A stretch of 38,024 bases of DNA. Source: an uncultured Solirubrobacteraceae bacterium (GTDB taxonomy: Bacteria > Actinomycetota > Thermoleophilia > Solirubrobacterales > Solirubrobacteraceae). Made by a program: the position numbers and the translations under genes. The stretch spans positions 1-38,024 of the forward strand of contig CAZPQW010000029.1 of the NCBI GenBank assembly GCA_964588985.1, written 5' to 3'. A model generated the notes under the pieces. That model saw only the letters and a list, made by a program, of their open reading frames with translations, did no database searches and was not told where the DNA came from. Below, piece after piece: positions 1 to 11,104 of this stretch (positions are counted from its first letter, which is position 1; the number at the start of each line of letters is the position of its first letter).

Positions 1-843
<843 letters not shown>

Positions 844-914
844 TACCTGCGCGCCCATCCGGAATTCGCCGGAGGCGACGCGCAAATTGGCATTCCGATA
901 CGACTGATTCAAGG

Positions 915-992
915 CCCGCCGTCACAGGGTGAGGGCGAGGGAGCGGATTCCTCGGACAGAGGAGTCCGCTCTTTCTCTCGCCATCTGGCGGG
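915..992 (+). promoter_or_regulatory. Nested stem-loop in tuf-rpsJ spacer (terminator/attenuator-like S10 leader)
   Basis: GAGCGGATTCCTC(941-953)/GAGGAGTCCGCTC(959-971) 13-bp stem with one G-U, followed by TTTCT; outer pairs GGCGAG/CTCGCC and CCCGCC/GGCGGG. Confidence 0.55.
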
Positions 993-1108
993 GCCGCCGG
1001 CGGAGACGCTCGCCGCCGTAGAGGTGAAGTGACACACGCAGGACCCCGCAGCGACGCAGGACAAGCACGAGAACAGACCGAAGATCGAGCGACACAGAGA
1101 GCATTCCC

Positions 1109-1435
1109 ATGGCAGCCGCAAACCAAAACAAGATCCGCATTCGCCTCAAGGCATACGACACGTCTGCCATCGAGTCAGCGGCCAAGGAGATCGTCGAGAC
1201 AGCGACCCGCACAGGGGCGAGCGTCTCGGGACCGGTTCCCCTGCCGACTGAGAAGAACGTGTACTGCGTCATCCGTTCGCCGTTCAAGGACAAGGACTCG
1301 CGCGAGCACTTCGAGATCCGCACGCACAAGCGCCTCATCGACATCCACCAGCCGACTCCCAAGACGGTCGACTCGCTTCAGCGCCTCGACCACCTGCCCG
1401 CGGGCGTCGACATCGAGATTCGCCTCGCGACCTGA
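1109..1435 (+). CDS. rpsJ: 30S ribosomal protein uS10
   Basis: [33 protein letters not shown]. Confidence 0.99.
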   Translation: MAAANQNKIRIRLKAYDTSAIESAAKEIVETATRTGASVSGPVPLPTEKNVYCVIRSPFKDKDSREHFEIRTHKRLIDIHQPTPKTVDSLQRLDHLPAGVDIEIRLAT

Positions 1436-1438
1436 GCA

Positions 1439-2056
1439 ATGGCTGCGATCCTCGCCAAGAAGCTCGGCATGACCCAGCTCTTCCAGGAAGACGGGAGCGT
1501 CGCTCGCGTGACCGTTCTCGAGGCCGGCCCGTGCCCCGTCACGGCCGTGCGCACCCCTGACCGCGACGGCTACGAAGCCGTGCAGCTGGCGTTCGGCCTG
1601 AGCAAGGAGAAGCACGTGAACAAGCCGGAGCTCGGCCACCTGAAGAAGGCCGACGCCCCGCCGATGCGTCGCCTGGTGGAGTTCCGTGGCGAGGCCGGCG
1701 AGCTGCAGCTCGGCGAGACCGTCACCGTCGAGTCGTTCGAGGTCGGCGCGCGCGTGAAGATCTCCGGCATCACCAAGGGCAAGGGCTTCCAGGGAACGAT
1801 CAAGCGACACAACTTCGCCAGCGGTCCCAAGTCGCACGGCTCGCACAACGTCCGCGCTCCGGGCTCGATCGGCGCCTCGGCCTGGCCGGCGCGCGTGATG
1901 AAGGGCATCCGCGGACCCGGCCAGATGGGCAACAAGCGCGCGACCCAGAAGGGCATCGAGATCGTTCGCGTCGACCCCAAGCTGAACCTGCTGCTGGTGC
2001 GTGGCTCCGTCCCCGGACCGAAGGGCTCGATCGTGGAGGTACGAACAGATGCCTGA
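1439..2056 (+). CDS. rplC: 50S ribosomal protein uL3
   Basis: KKLGMTQLF, DGYEAVQL, KGKGFQGTIKRHNF, HGSHNVRAPGSIG. Confidence 0.99.
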   Translation: MAAILAKKLGMTQLFQEDGSVARVTVLEAGPCPVTAVRTPDRDGYEAVQLAFGLSKEKHVNKPELGHLKKADAPPMRRLVEFRGEAGELQLGETVTVESFEVGARVKISGITKGKGFQGTIKRHNFASGPKSHGSHNVRAPGSIGASAWPARVMKGIRGPGQMGNKRATQKGIEIVRVDPKLNLLLVRGSVPGPKGSIVEVRTDA

Positions 2057-2690
2057 CGCCCCCGTCCTCGGCGCATCGAAGAAGGTCAAGCTCGACGACG
2101 CCGCCTTCGGCGCGCGCTTCTCCGGGCCACTCGTCCACCAGAGCGTCCGCGCCGAGCAGGCCGCCCGTCGACGCGGAACCGCGGCGACGAAAACCCGTGG
2201 CATGGTCTCCGGCGGTGGCGCGAAGCCGTGGCGCCAGAAGGGCACCGGCCGTGCCCGCGCGGGCTCCAACCGCTCGCCGATCTGGACCGGCGGTGGCACC
2301 GTGTTCGGTCCCCAGCCCCGCTCCTACACCTTCAAGGTCAACCGCAAGGAGCAGCGCGCAGCGCTGCGCAGCGCCCTCTCCCTGCACGCCGAGCGCGGCT
2401 CGATCGCGATCCTCGACGCGAGCGTGTTCGACGCGCCCAAGACCCGTAGGGCGCTCGACCTCCTCGATGGCTGGGACCAGCCACGCCCGACGCTCGTGGT
2501 TCTCACCGCCGAGGAGTCGAACGCGGCGCTGTCCTTCCGCAACCTTGCGCGTGTGGCAGTGCTCACATCCGAGAGCGTCGGCGTGACCGACCTGCTCGGC
2601 GCCGCGTCGCTCGTCGTATCGGAGCCCGCGCTCGCGAGCCTGACCGCGCGCACTGCCAAGCCGCGCGCAGCCGAGGAGGCGATCGCCTGA
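2049..2690 (+). CDS. rplD: 50S ribosomal protein uL4
   Basis: TKTRGMVSGGGAKPWRQKGTGRARAGS; start taken at ATG 2049 overlapping the rplC end. Confidence 0.98.
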   Translation: MPDAPVLGASKKVKLDDAAFGARFSGPLVHQSVRAEQAARRRGTAATKTRGMVSGGGAKPWRQKGTGRARAGSNRSPIWTGGGTVFGPQPRSYTFKVNRKEQRAALRSALSLHAERGSIAILDASVFDAPKTRRALDLLDGWDQPRPTLVVLTAEESNAALSFRNLARVAVLTSESVGVTDLLGAASLVVSEPALASLTARTAKPRAAEEAIA

Positions 2691-2989
2691 TGGAGCACAC
2701 GCAGATACTCATCCGCCCGGTGGTCTCCGAGAAGAGCTACGTGCTCTCGGCGGCCGACCGCTACACCTTCCGCGTCCACCCCGACGCGCACAAGACGCAC
2801 ATCCGCCAGGCGGTCGAGGCGCTGTTCGACGTGCACGTCGTCGACGTGCGCACGATGAGCGTCAAGTCCAAGCCCAAGCGCCGCGGCAACACAAAGGGCC
2901 GCACGCGCAGCTGGAAGAAGGCCATCGTGCAGGTGCGCGCCGGCGAGTCCATTCCGATCTTCCAGGGCCTCGCAGCCCTCGACGGATAA
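2690..2989 (+). CDS. rplW: 50S ribosomal protein uL23
   Basis: IRPVVSEKS, YTFRV, WKKAIV; TGATG coupling. Confidence 0.98.
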   Translation: MEHTQILIRPVVSEKSYVLSAADRYTFRVHPDAHKTHIRQAVEALFDVHVVDVRTMSVKSKPKRRGNTKGRTRSWKKAIVQVRAGESIPIFQGLAALDG

Positions 2990-3001
2990 CAGGGGAAGAC
3001 G

Positions 3002-3847
3002 ATGCCGATTCGCAAGCCAAAGCCGACCAGCCCGGGGATGCGCTTCGTGTCCTACCCGGACTTCGCGGAGGTCACCAAGTCGAAGCCCGAGAAGACGCTC
3101 GTCGAAGGGCTCAAACGCAGCGGCGGACGCAACGCCCACGGACGCAAGACAGCACGTCACCGTGGTGGTGGCGCCAAGCGCGCGTATCGGCGCGTGGACT
3201 TCAAGCGTCGCAAGGACGGCGTCGACGCTCGCGTCGCGGCGATTGAGTACGACCCCAACCGCTCCGCATACATCGCGCTGCTGCACTACGTCGACGGCGA
3301 GAAGCGCTACATCCTCGCGCCGCAGCGCCTCACGGTCGGCATGACCGTGTCCTCCGGCGAGACGGCCGACATCGCGGTGGGAAACTGCATGGAGCTTGCC
3401 CGCATGCCCGTGGGTACGGTCGTGCACAACATCGAGCTGCAGCCGGGCCGCGGTGGGCAGATGGCCCGCTCAGCCGGAGCATCCGCGCAGCTGATGGCCA
3501 AGGACGGCGACATGGCGACGCTGCGCCTGCCCTCTGGCGAGATGCGGATGGTTCGCGCGGAGTGCCGCGCGACGGTCGGCACGATCGGCAACTCCGAGCA
3601 CCAGAACGTCAAGGTCGGCAAGGCCGGACGCAAGCGTCACATGGGCGTGCGCCCGCAGACGCGTGGTGTGGCGATGAACCCGGTGGACCACCCGCACGGT
3701 GGTGGCGAGGGCTCGACGACCGCGGGACGCCACCCCGTCACCCCGTGGGGCGTGCCGACGCTCGGATACCGCACGCGTAAAAAGAACAAGACTTCCACCA
3801 AGTACATCGTGCGCGGCCGTCGCCGTGGGAAGGGCAAGCAAAGATGA
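3002..3847 (+). CDS. rplB: 50S ribosomal protein uL2
   Basis: [30 protein letters not shown]. Confidence 0.99.
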   Translation: MPIRKPKPTSPGMRFVSYPDFAEVTKSKPEKTLVEGLKRSGGRNAHGRKTARHRGGGAKRAYRRVDFKRRKDGVDARVAAIEYDPNRSAYIALLHYVDGEKRYILAPQRLTVGMTVSSGETADIAVGNCMELARMPVGTVVHNIELQPGRGGQMARSAGASAQLMAKDGDMATLRLPSGEMRMVRAECRATVGTIGNSEHQNVKVGKAGRKRHMGVRPQTRGVAMNPVDHPHGGGEGSTTAGRHPVTPWGVPTLGYRTRKKNKTSTKYIVRGRRRGKGKQR

Positions 3848-4116
3848 GCCGCTCCAGCAAGAAGGGCCCCTGGGTCGAAGAGCGCCTGATGAATCGCATC
3901 GAAGCGCTCAACGCCGAGAACAACAAAAAAATGTTGAGGACGTGGTCGCGCGCCTCCACGATCTTCCCCGAGATGGTCGGCCACACGATCGCGGTGCACG
4001 ACGGCAAGAAACACGTGCCGGTGTTCATCAGCGAGTCGATGGTCGGTCACAAGCTCGGCGAGTTCGCTCCCACGCGAGTCTTTCGCGGCCACGCGGGCTC
4101 AGGGAAGGTGCGATGA
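3844..4116 (+). CDS. rpsS: 30S ribosomal protein uS19
   Basis: [42 protein letters not shown]. Confidence 0.99.
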   Translation: MSRSSKKGPWVEERLMNRIEALNAENNKKMLRTWSRASTIFPEMVGHTIAVHDGKKHVPVFISESMVGHKLGEFAPTRVFRGHAGSGKVR

Positions 4117-4868
4117 GCCCCGAGGAGACACCGCAGGAGGAGACGCCCGAGGCCGTCGAGCCAAAGGCAACCGAGGCCGCGAAGCCGAAAGCCGCCAAAC
4201 CCGCTGCCAAAGCGAAAGCGGCCAAAGCAAGCGAGGACGCCGAGGCCACCAAAGCGCCTGCTGCGAAAAAAGCTGCTGCGAAAAAAGCGGCCGATGACGA
4301 CGAGTCCGAGCCCGATGGTCAGCAGGACACGCTAAAAGCTCCCGCGAAAGGCAAACGCGCTGCCAAAAAAGCCACGGTGGCTAAAGCGGCGGCTCCTGGA
4401 GACCGTGCCGAGGCGCAGGACGCAGCCAAGGCCCAGGATGCGGCGAAGCCCACAAAAAAACTCTCTCGGCGAGCAGCGGCGAGCGTCAAAGCGAAGCCCA
4501 CCCGCCGGGTCGTCAGCGCCCATGCCCGCTACGTGCGCACCTCTGCGCGCAAGGCGCGGATGGTGTGCGGGCACATCCGCGGGAAGTCGATCGAGGAGGC
4601 ACGCGCTATCCTCGCGTTCACGCCTCGCGACGTGGCGCGAGACTGGAGCAAGCTGCTGGAGTCCGCGGTGGCAAACGCCGAGAGCAACCACGAGTTGCTC
4701 GAGGACGATCTGATCGTCCGTGAGGCGTACGCAGACGAAGGACCCACGATCAAGCGCTTCAGGCCGCGCGCGATGGGACGCGCAGCGCCGATCCGCAAGC
4801 GCACGAGCCACCTGACGATCACATTGACCCCGCGCCCCGAGCCCGGGAACCCCAAGAGACACGGCTGA
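4113..4868 (+). CDS. rplV: 50S ribosomal protein uL22 with ~130-aa Lys/Ala-rich N-terminal extension
   Basis: ATG 4113 overlaps the rpsS stop (ATGA); core from ~4500: [40 protein letters not shown]. Confidence 0.95.
   Translation: MSPEETPQEETPEAVEPKATEAAKPKAAKPAAKAKAAKASEDAEATKAPAAKKAAAKKAADDDESEPDGQQDTLKAPAKGKRAAKKATVAKAAAPGDRAEAQDAAKAQDAAKPTKKLSRRAAASVKAKPTRRVVSAHARYVRTSARKARMVCGHIRGKSIEEARAILAFTPRDVARDWSKLLESAVANAESNHELLEDDLIVREAYADEGPTIKRFRPRAMGRAAPIRKRTSHLTITLTPRPEPGNPKRHG
4258..4287 (+). repeat. Perfect 15-nt tandem duplication inside the uL22 extension
   Basis: CTGCTGCGAAAAAAG x2 (encodes [10 protein letters not shown]). Confidence 0.9.
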
Positions 4869-4879
4869 GAGACTGAGAT

Positions 4880-5770
4880 ATGGGACAAAAGGTTCATCCA
4901 GAGGCCATGCGCGTGGGTTACATCCACGACTGGAAGTCCAACTGGTACAACGAGAAGCACTTCGCCGAGTACCTCGCTGAGGACGTGAAGGTGCGCGAGC
5001 ACATCACCCGCAAGCTCGCCCACGCGGGCCTGTCGGACATCACGATCCGCAAGGACGCGAACGAGCTCGAGGTCAACATCCACACGGCCCGTCCCGGCAT
5101 CGTGATCGGCAAGTCCGGTACCGAAGTGGACGCGCTGCGCCGCGATCTGCACAAGATGACCAACAAGCAGATCAAGGTGAACATCCTCGAGATCAAGCGG
5201 CCCGAGCTCGACGCGAAGCTCGTCGCGCAGTCGATCGCCGAGCAGCTCCAGAACCGTGTCGCCTTCCGGCGTGCGATGAAGCGCGCGCTCACCAGCGCGA
5301 TGCGCTCGGGCGCGAAGGGCGTGAAGGTCCAGGTCGCCGGTCGTCTCGGCGGCGCGGAGATGGCGCGCACCGAAAGCTACTCCGACGGACGCGTGCCGCT
5401 GCACACGATGCGCGCCGACATCGACTACGGCTTCTACGAGGCGCGCACCACGTTCGGGCGCATCGGCGTGAAGTGCTGGGTGAACAAGGGCGAAATCATG
5501 CCCGAGGGCTACACCGGCGCGGACCTCACCGACATGACGGCGCCCGCTCCTCCGAGCAACGACCGCGACAGCCGCGGTGGACGCGACGGGCGTGACGGTC
5601 GCGGTCGCGGTCGCGGTGGACAGGGCGGACGCGGCGGCGGTCCCGGAGGACCGGGCGGCGGACGTGGGCCCGGCGGCGGTGGCGGACGTGGACGCGGTCC
5701 TGGTGGACCGGGTGGCGGGCGTGGCCCAGGCGGCGGCGGTCGTGGTCCTGGTGGCGGAGGGCCTCGCTGA
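4880..5770 (+). CDS. rpsC: 30S ribosomal protein uS3 with Gly/Arg/Pro-rich C-terminal tail
   Basis: [33 protein letters not shown]; tail of RGG/GPGGG repeats after ~5510. Confidence 0.99.
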   Translation: MGQKVHPEAMRVGYIHDWKSNWYNEKHFAEYLAEDVKVREHITRKLAHAGLSDITIRKDANELEVNIHTARPGIVIGKSGTEVDALRRDLHKMTNKQIKVNILEIKRPELDAKLVAQSIAEQLQNRVAFRRAMKRALTSAMRSGAKGVKVQVAGRLGGAEMARTESYSDGRVPLHTMRADIDYGFYEARTTFGRIGVKCWVNKGEIMPEGYTGADLTDMTAPAPPSNDRDSRGGRDGRDGRGRGRGGQGGRGGGPGGPGGGRGPGGGGGRGRGPGGPGGGRGPGGGGRGPGGGGPR

Positions 5771-6180
5771 TGCTCTCCCCGAAGCGAGTCAAGCACCGCA
5801 AGCAGCACCGTGGACGCCGGCGCGGGAATTCGCGCGGCCAGCTGCACGTGCAGTTCGGCGAGTACGGCCTCAAGGCGCTCGAGCAGGGCTGGCTCACCAA
5901 CCGCCAGATCGAGGCCGCTCGTGTCGCGATGACGCGCAAGATCAAGCGTGGCGGCAAGGTGTGGATCAACGTGTTCCCGGACAAGCCGGTGACGAAGAAG
6001 CCCGCCGAGACCCGCATGGGATCTGGAAAGGGCTCGCCCGAAGGCTGGGTCGCGGTGGTCAAGCCCGGACGCGTGATGTTCGAGCTTGCCGGCGTGTCCG
6101 AGCCGCTGGCGCGCGAAGCGATCAGGCTGGCCGCACACAAGCTGCCGGTGAAGACCAAGTTCGTCCTGCGTGAGGACTGA
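5770..6180 (+). CDS. rplP: 50S ribosomal protein uL16
   Basis: [36 protein letters not shown]. Confidence 0.99.
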   Translation: MLSPKRVKHRKQHRGRRRGNSRGQLHVQFGEYGLKALEQGWLTNRQIEAARVAMTRKIKRGGKVWINVFPDKPVTKKPAETRMGSGKGSPEGWVAVVKPGRVMFELAGVSEPLAREAIRLAAHKLPVKTKFVLRED

Positions 6181-6188
6181 GGAAGACG

Positions 6189-6401
6189 ATGAAGGCGAGA
6201 GAGCTACGCGATCTTGATGACAGCGAACTGACCAAGAAGGTCGCTGAGCTGGGCAAAGAGGTGTTCGGCCTGCGTTTTTCAAACGCCACGGGCGAACTGG
6301 ACAACACAGCCGGTCTCGGTCACGCCAAGCGCGATCTCGCGCGGGCCCTGACCGTCGCCCGCGAGCGCGAGCTTGCCGCGGCGCCCAACCGGAACAACTA
6401 G
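6189..6401 (+). CDS. rpmC: 50S ribosomal protein uL29
   Basis: MKARELR, LRFSNATGEL, KRDLARALTVARERE; position after rplP. Confidence 0.97.
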   Translation: MKARELRDLDDSELTKKVAELGKEVFGLRFSNATGELDNTAGLGHAKRDLARALTVARERELAAAPNRNN

Positions 6402-6431
6402 AAGACTCACAGACGAAGACGAACGGAAGAC

Positions 6432-7100
6432 ATGGCTGACGAACCAGACAACGAGACGCAGGAGACTCCCCAGGACGACGCCCCCGCGCAGGCCCCCGAG
6501 GCCGAGGCGGAGACGACGGCCGTCGAGTCCGCGGACGCCCCCGAGAGCGAGCAGGCCGAGGCGAGCGAGCCCGTGGCCGAGGAGCCCGTGGCTGTCGAGG
6601 AGCCGGTGGCGCCCGCCGAGCCCGAGGTGGTGCTCCCACCGAAGGAGCGTCGCCGCGCCGCGCGCTCCAAGCACTCAGGTGAGACCCGCCCGTCACGCTC
6701 CCCCGAGGAGCGTCACGCCGAGCGCGTCGCCAAGCGCCGCGCGAAGGCGATCAGCCGCCGCGCCCGTCGTCTGAGCGAACGCGCCAAAGCGGCCGAGCGC
6801 CGCGCGGCCGCGCCCGCCGCCGAGCCGCTGGCACCCGTGCATGCCCCGGTCGAGGGCACGCGCCGCGTGCGCCAGGGAATCGTCGTCTCGAACAAGGCCG
6901 AGAAGACGATCACCGTCCGCATCGACGTGGCCCGCCGTCACCGCCGCTACGAGAAGATCGTCCGCAGCTCGAGCACCGTGCACGCGCACGACGAGAACAA
7001 CGACGCCAACGAGGGCGACGTGGTGCGCGTGATCGAGAGCAGGCCGCTGTCGCGCACCAAGCGCTGGGCGCTCGTCGACGTGCTGGAGCGTGCGAAGTGA
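6432..7100 (+). CDS. rpsQ: 30S ribosomal protein uS17 with ~143-aa N-terminal extension
   Basis: Core from ~6861: [39 protein letters not shown]. Confidence 0.95.
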   Translation: MADEPDNETQETPQDDAPAQAPEAEAETTAVESADAPESEQAEASEPVAEEPVAVEEPVAPAEPEVVLPPKERRRAARSKHSGETRPSRSPEERHAERVAKRRAKAISRRARRLSERAKAAERRAAAPAAEPLAPVHAPVEGTRRVRQGIVVSNKAEKTITVRIDVARRHRRYEKIVRSSSTVHAHDENNDANEGDVVRVIESRPLSRTKRWALVDVLERAK

Positions 7101-7465
7101 TCCAGAACGAGACACGACTGCGCGTGGCCGACAACTCGGGCGCTCGCGAAATCCTGTGCATCCGCGTCAAGGGGGGCTCGAAGCGTCGCTACGCGTTCGT
7201 GGGCGACGTGATCACCGCGACCGTCAAGCAGGCCAACCCGCAGGGGGCGGTCAAGAAGGGCGAGGTCGTGACGGCTGTGATCGTCCGCACCAAGAAGCCG
7301 ATCGGACGCGACGACGGCACGTACATCGCCTTCGACGAGAACGCGGCCGTGATCATCGACGACCAGAACAACCCGCGCGGCACGCGCGTGTTCGGCCCGG
7401 TGGCGCGCGAACTGCGCGAGCGCAACTTCATGAAGATCGTCTCGCTCGCGCCGGAGGTGCTGTGA
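7097..7465 (+). CDS. rplN: 50S ribosomal protein uL14
   Basis: GTG start; [35 protein letters not shown]. Confidence 0.99.
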   Translation: MIQNETRLRVADNSGAREILCIRVKGGSKRRYAFVGDVITATVKQANPQGAVKKGEVVTAVIVRTKKPIGRDDGTYIAFDENAAVIIDDQNNPRGTRVFGPVARELRERNFMKIVSLAPEVL

Positions 7466-7827
7466 TGGCTCGCCGTCCCGCAGCTCCTCGCAAGCGTCGC
7501 GTTCTGAAGATCCGCTCCGGCGACAAAGTCCAGGTGATCTCCGGCAAGGACCGCGGCAAGACCGGTCGCGTGCTGCGCGTGCAGCCCGACCGCGAGCGCG
7601 TGTTCGTCGAGGGCCTGAACATGATCAAGCGCCACACCCGCCCCTCACAGGTCGCGGGCGCCCAGACCGACGCGGCGATGGGCGGCGTGATCGAGCGCGA
7701 GGGTCCGATTCACGTCTCCAACGTGATGCTGCTCGACGCCAAGGGCAAGCCCACGCGCGTGCGCATCGAGCGCGACGGCGGGCAGCGCGTGCGCGTCGCG
7801 AAGACCACCGGCGCGAGGCTCGACTGA
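7465..7827 (+). CDS. rplX: 50S ribosomal protein uL24
   Basis: ATG 7465 overlapping rplN stop; KOW motif [27 protein letters not shown]. Confidence 0.97.
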   Translation: MARRPAAPRKRRVLKIRSGDKVQVISGKDRGKTGRVLRVQPDRERVFVEGLNMIKRHTRPSQVAGAQTDAAMGGVIEREGPIHVSNVMLLDAKGKPTRVRIERDGGQRVRVAKTTGARLD

Positions 7828-7832
7828 TCGAC

Positions 7833-8756
7833 ATGGCAACAGCAACAGACACAGCCCCCCCGGCGCGCCTGAAGGCCCGCTACCTCGAGGAGATCCGCCC
7901 CTCGCTGATGGAGAGCTTCGGCTACTCCTCGGTGATGCAGGCGCCGAAGCTCGAGAAGATCACCCTCAACATGGGTGTTGGCATCGCCAAGCAGGACAGC
8001 AAAATGCTGAAGGCCGCGACCGACCAGCTCGCCCAGATCGCCGGCCAGCAGCCGAATGTGCGTCGTGCGCGCAAGTCGATCGCCGCGTTCAAACTGCGCG
8101 AGGGCATGCCCGTGGGCGTGACCGTGACGCTGCGCGCCGAGCGCGCCTTCGAGTTCCTCGACCGGCTCGTGTCGATCGCGATCCCCCGGATCCGCGACTT
8201 CCGCGGGCTGAACCCGCGCTCGTTCGACGGCCGCGGCAACTACTCCATGGGCGTCAAGGAGCAGATCATCTTCCCGGAGATCGACTACGACGCGATCGAC
8301 ATGGTGCGCGGACTCGACATCACCATCACCACGAGCGCGAAAACCGACGTCGAGGCGTTCGCTCTGCTGATGGCGTTCGGCATGCCGTTCTCCCCGAAAT
8401 GGCGCCCCAAGGGCTTCGACGAGGCGATTGGCGTGGTCTCGGAGCCGACCGACGAGGATGGCGCGAGGGTGAAGGCCGACGCGGAGCAGGAGAGCGCCCC
8501 GCCGGCCGCGAGCGCGGTCGTCGAGCAAGCCGAGGCGGAGCCAGAGGCCGCAGAGCCGCAGGACGCCGAGCCGGAGCAGGCGCAGCCAGCCGCGGTGGAG
8601 ACTGAGGAGCCGGCCGCCGAGGAGCCTTCAGAGGCAGCGTCCGCGGAGACCGAGGATGCCGAGCCCGAGGCAGCCGAGGAGCCGCAGGCCGAGCAGGACG
8701 ACGCTCCCGAGGACGGGGACGCCGCGGAGACCACTGAGAAAGAGAGCACCGACTGA
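7833..8756 (+). CDS. rplE: 50S ribosomal protein uL5 with ~120-aa acidic C-terminal extension
   Basis: [41 protein letters not shown]; core ends FGMPF ~8390. Confidence 0.98.
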   Translation: MATATDTAPPARLKARYLEEIRPSLMESFGYSSVMQAPKLEKITLNMGVGIAKQDSKMLKAATDQLAQIAGQQPNVRRARKSIAAFKLREGMPVGVTVTLRAERAFEFLDRLVSIAIPRIRDFRGLNPRSFDGRGNYSMGVKEQIIFPEIDYDAIDMVRGLDITITTSAKTDVEAFALLMAFGMPFSPKWRPKGFDEAIGVVSEPTDEDGARVKADAEQESAPPAASAVVEQAEAEPEAAEPQDAEPEQAQPAAVETEEPAAEEPSEAASAETEDAEPEAAEEPQAEQDDAPEDGDAAETTEKESTD

Positions 8757-8941
8757 TGGCCAAGACTTCGATGCGCGTGAAGCAGGCGCGGACCCCAAAG
8801 TTCAAGACACGTGCATATACTCGCTGCACCCGTTGCGGTAGGCCGCGCGCGGTGTACAAGAAGTTCGGGGTGTGCCGCATCTGCCTTCGCGAGCTCGCCC
8901 ACAACGGTCAGATCCCCGGGATGACCAAGTCCTCCTGGTAG
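8756..8941 (+). CDS. rpsN: 30S ribosomal protein uS14, zinc-binding (type Z)
   Basis: 61 aa, CTRC...[13 protein letters not shown]. Confidence 0.98.
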   Translation: MAKTSMRVKQARTPKFKTRAYTRCTRCGRPRAVYKKFGVCRICLRELAHNGQIPGMTKSSW

Positions 8942-8965
8942 AGGTCTGAAAGAGAGCCAGCAACC

Positions 8966-9370
8966 ATGTCAATGACCGATCCGATAGCCGACTTCCTGAC
9001 GCGCGTGCGCAATGCGATCCACGCTGCCCACGAGACCGTCGAGCTGCCCGCCTCCAAGCTCAAGGGCGAGCTGGCGCGCATCCTCGACGAGCAGGGCTAC
9101 ATCGACTCGTGGTCTGTCATCGACACGCCCGAGGGTCCGGGTCAGCTGATCCAGATCCGCCTGAAGTACACCGACGACCGCCGCTCGGCGATCTCGGGCC
9201 TGAAGCGCGTATCGCGGCCCGGCAGGCGCACGTACGTCGACGCCAAGCACATCCCCAAGGTGCTCGGCGGCATGGGCACCTCGATCATCTCCACCTCTCA
9301 CGGCGTGATGACCGGCCACGACGCGCGCGCAGCGGGCGTCGGCGGCGAGGTTCTGGCGCAGGTCTGGTAG
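8966..9370 (+). CDS. rpsH: 30S ribosomal protein uS8
   Basis: [37 protein letters not shown]. Confidence 0.99.
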   Translation: MSMTDPIADFLTRVRNAIHAAHETVELPASKLKGELARILDEQGYIDSWSVIDTPEGPGQLIQIRLKYTDDRRSAISGLKRVSRPGRRTYVDAKHIPKVLGGMGTSIISTSHGVMTGHDARAAGVGGEVLAQVW

Positions 9371-9372
9371 CG

Positions 9373-9906
9373 ATGTCGAGAATCGGTAGACAGCCCATCC
9401 CCGTGCCCGCCGGCGTGACCGTCTCGATCGAGCCGGAGATCGTCCGCGTGAACGGACCCAAAGGCGAACTGAGCGAGCGCGTGCACAAGGACATCGCGGT
9501 CACCCAGGACGGCGACCAGCTGCTCGTGACCCGCCCCACAGACCGCGGCGAACACCGCGCGCTGCACGGTCTCACACGCACACTCGTGGCGAACATGGTC
9601 CAGGGCGTGACCGCGGGCTACGAGAAGCGCCTGGAGATCCAGGGCGTCGGCTATCGCGCCGCGCTGAAGGGCAAGAACCTTGAGCTCGCGGTGGGCTACT
9701 CGCACCCCGTGCCGATCCCCGCGCCCGACGGGATCGAATTCGAGGTTCCCCAGCCGACCCGCGTGGTCGTGAAGGGAATCTCCAAGCAGCTCGTCGGCGA
9801 GACCGCGGCGATCATCCGCAAGCAGCGCCCGCCGGAGCCCTACAAGGGCAAGGGCATCCGCTACGAGGGTGAGCACGTAGTGAGAAAGGTTGGAAAGCGC
9901 GCATGA
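9373..9906 (+). CDS. rplF: 50S ribosomal protein uL6
   Basis: [28 protein letters not shown]. Confidence 0.99.
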   Translation: MSRIGRQPIPVPAGVTVSIEPEIVRVNGPKGELSERVHKDIAVTQDGDQLLVTRPTDRGEHRALHGLTRTLVANMVQGVTAGYEKRLEIQGVGYRAALKGKNLELAVGYSHPVPIPAPDGIEFEVPQPTRVVVKGISKQLVGETAAIIRKQRPPEPYKGKGIRYEGEHVVRKVGKRA

Positions 9907-10256
9907 GTGTGATCACCAAAGAGAACCGCCGCCTCAAACGGCGCAGGCGCGTGCGGGCGAAGGTGTCCGGCACCGCGACGCGTCCGCGCATCTCCGTGTT
10001 TCGTTCCAACCGTGGGCTCTCGGCTCAGCTGATCGACGACGTCGACGCGCGCACGCTCGCTGCGGTCAACTGGTTCGAGCCCGAGCTGAGCAAGCTGAAC
10101 AAAGCCGATCGCACGAAGCGCTCCGGCGAGCTGCTGGCCGAGCGCGCCAAGGCCGCGGGCATCTCCGAGGCAGTGTTCGACCGCGGCGGCTACCGTTATC
10201 ACGGCCACGTTCGCGCCTTTGCCGAAGCCATTCGCGAGTCGGGAATCACCGTTTAG
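9903..10256 (+). CDS. rplR: 50S ribosomal protein uL18
   Basis: [27 protein letters not shown]. Confidence 0.99.
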   Translation: MSVITKENRRLKRRRRVRAKVSGTATRPRISVFRSNRGLSAQLIDDVDARTLAAVNWFEPELSKLNKADRTKRSGELLAERAKAAGISEAVFDRGGYRYHGHVRAFAEAIRESGITV

Positions 10257-10298
10257 CGTGCCCGAGCGCCCGCTACCGCTACCCTCTCCATCCTGCCT

Positions 10299-10922
10299 AT
10301 GTCCATTTCAATAGATCGCTCAGTCAACTCCGCCGGCCTGGACCTCCAGGAGCGCGTCGTCGAGATCAACCGCGTCGCCAAGGTCGTCAAGGGTGGCCGG
10401 CGCTTCTCGTTCACCGCCCTCGTGGTCGTCGGCGACGAACGCGAAGTGGTGGGCGTTGGCTACGGCAAGGCCAACGAGGTACCGCTCGCGATCCAGAAGG
10501 GCGTGGAGCGCGCGAAGAAGGATCTCTTCCGCGTACCCAAGCACGGCAGCACGATCACCCACCAGACGACCGGCGTGTTCGGCGCGGGGCGCGTGTTCCT
10601 GAAGCCGGCCGCCCCCGGTACCGGCGTGATCGCCGGCGGTGGTGTGCGCGCGGTGCTCGAGCTCGCCGGCATCCACGACATCCTCTCCAAGAGCCTCGGC
10701 ACGCAGAACCCGATCAACCTGGTCAAGGCCACGGTTGCCGGCCTGCGCGGCCTGCGCAAGCCCGAGGAGGTCGCCGCGCTGCGCGGACTGAGCGTCAACC
10801 AGGTGCTCGGGATCGGCGGCGGCGAGGCCGCGAACGGAACTTTGCAGGCGGAGGGTGGCGAGACGGAGACACAGCCGGCCGCCGATGAGGCGGTCGTGGC
10901 AGCCGAGGGAGCGTCGGCGTAG
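10299..10922 (+). CDS. rpsE: 30S ribosomal protein uS5 with short acidic tail
   Basis: [28 protein letters not shown]. Confidence 0.98.
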   Translation: MSISIDRSVNSAGLDLQERVVEINRVAKVVKGGRRFSFTALVVVGDEREVVGVGYGKANEVPLAIQKGVERAKKDLFRVPKHGSTITHQTTGVFGAGRVFLKPAAPGTGVIAGGGVRAVLELAGIHDILSKSLGTQNPINLVKATVAGLRGLRKPEEVAALRGLSVNQVLGIGGGEAANGTLQAEGGETETQPAADEAVVAAEGASA

Positions 10923-11104
10923 TGAGCTCGCTCACCGTCACCCAGCGCCGCTCCAAGAACGGCGCCAACGCCAAACAGCTGGACACTCTGCGTTCGCTCG
11001 GACTGCGTCGCATCGGCCACACGGTCGAGGTCAAGGACACCGACCAGGCACGCGGCATGCTGCACGCGGTGCGCCACCTGGTCGAGGTCGAGGAGGCCAA
11101 GTGA
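10922..11104 (+). CDS. rpmD: 50S ribosomal protein uL30
   Basis: GTG start; [25 protein letters not shown]. Confidence 0.97.
   Translation: MSSLTVTQRRSKNGANAKQLDTLRSLGLRRIGHTVEVKDTDQARGMLHAVRHLVEVEEAK

Noticed and set aside
3699-4112. Even longer N-terminus for uL22 (389-aa ORF)
   Set aside because: Overlaps rplB and rpsS in another frame; ATGA coupling at 4113 is the credible start
5570-5765. GGC/GGT-rich repeats that might be a repeat array
   Set aside because: Coding Gly-rich tail of uS3; no repeat-spacer structure, not CRISPR
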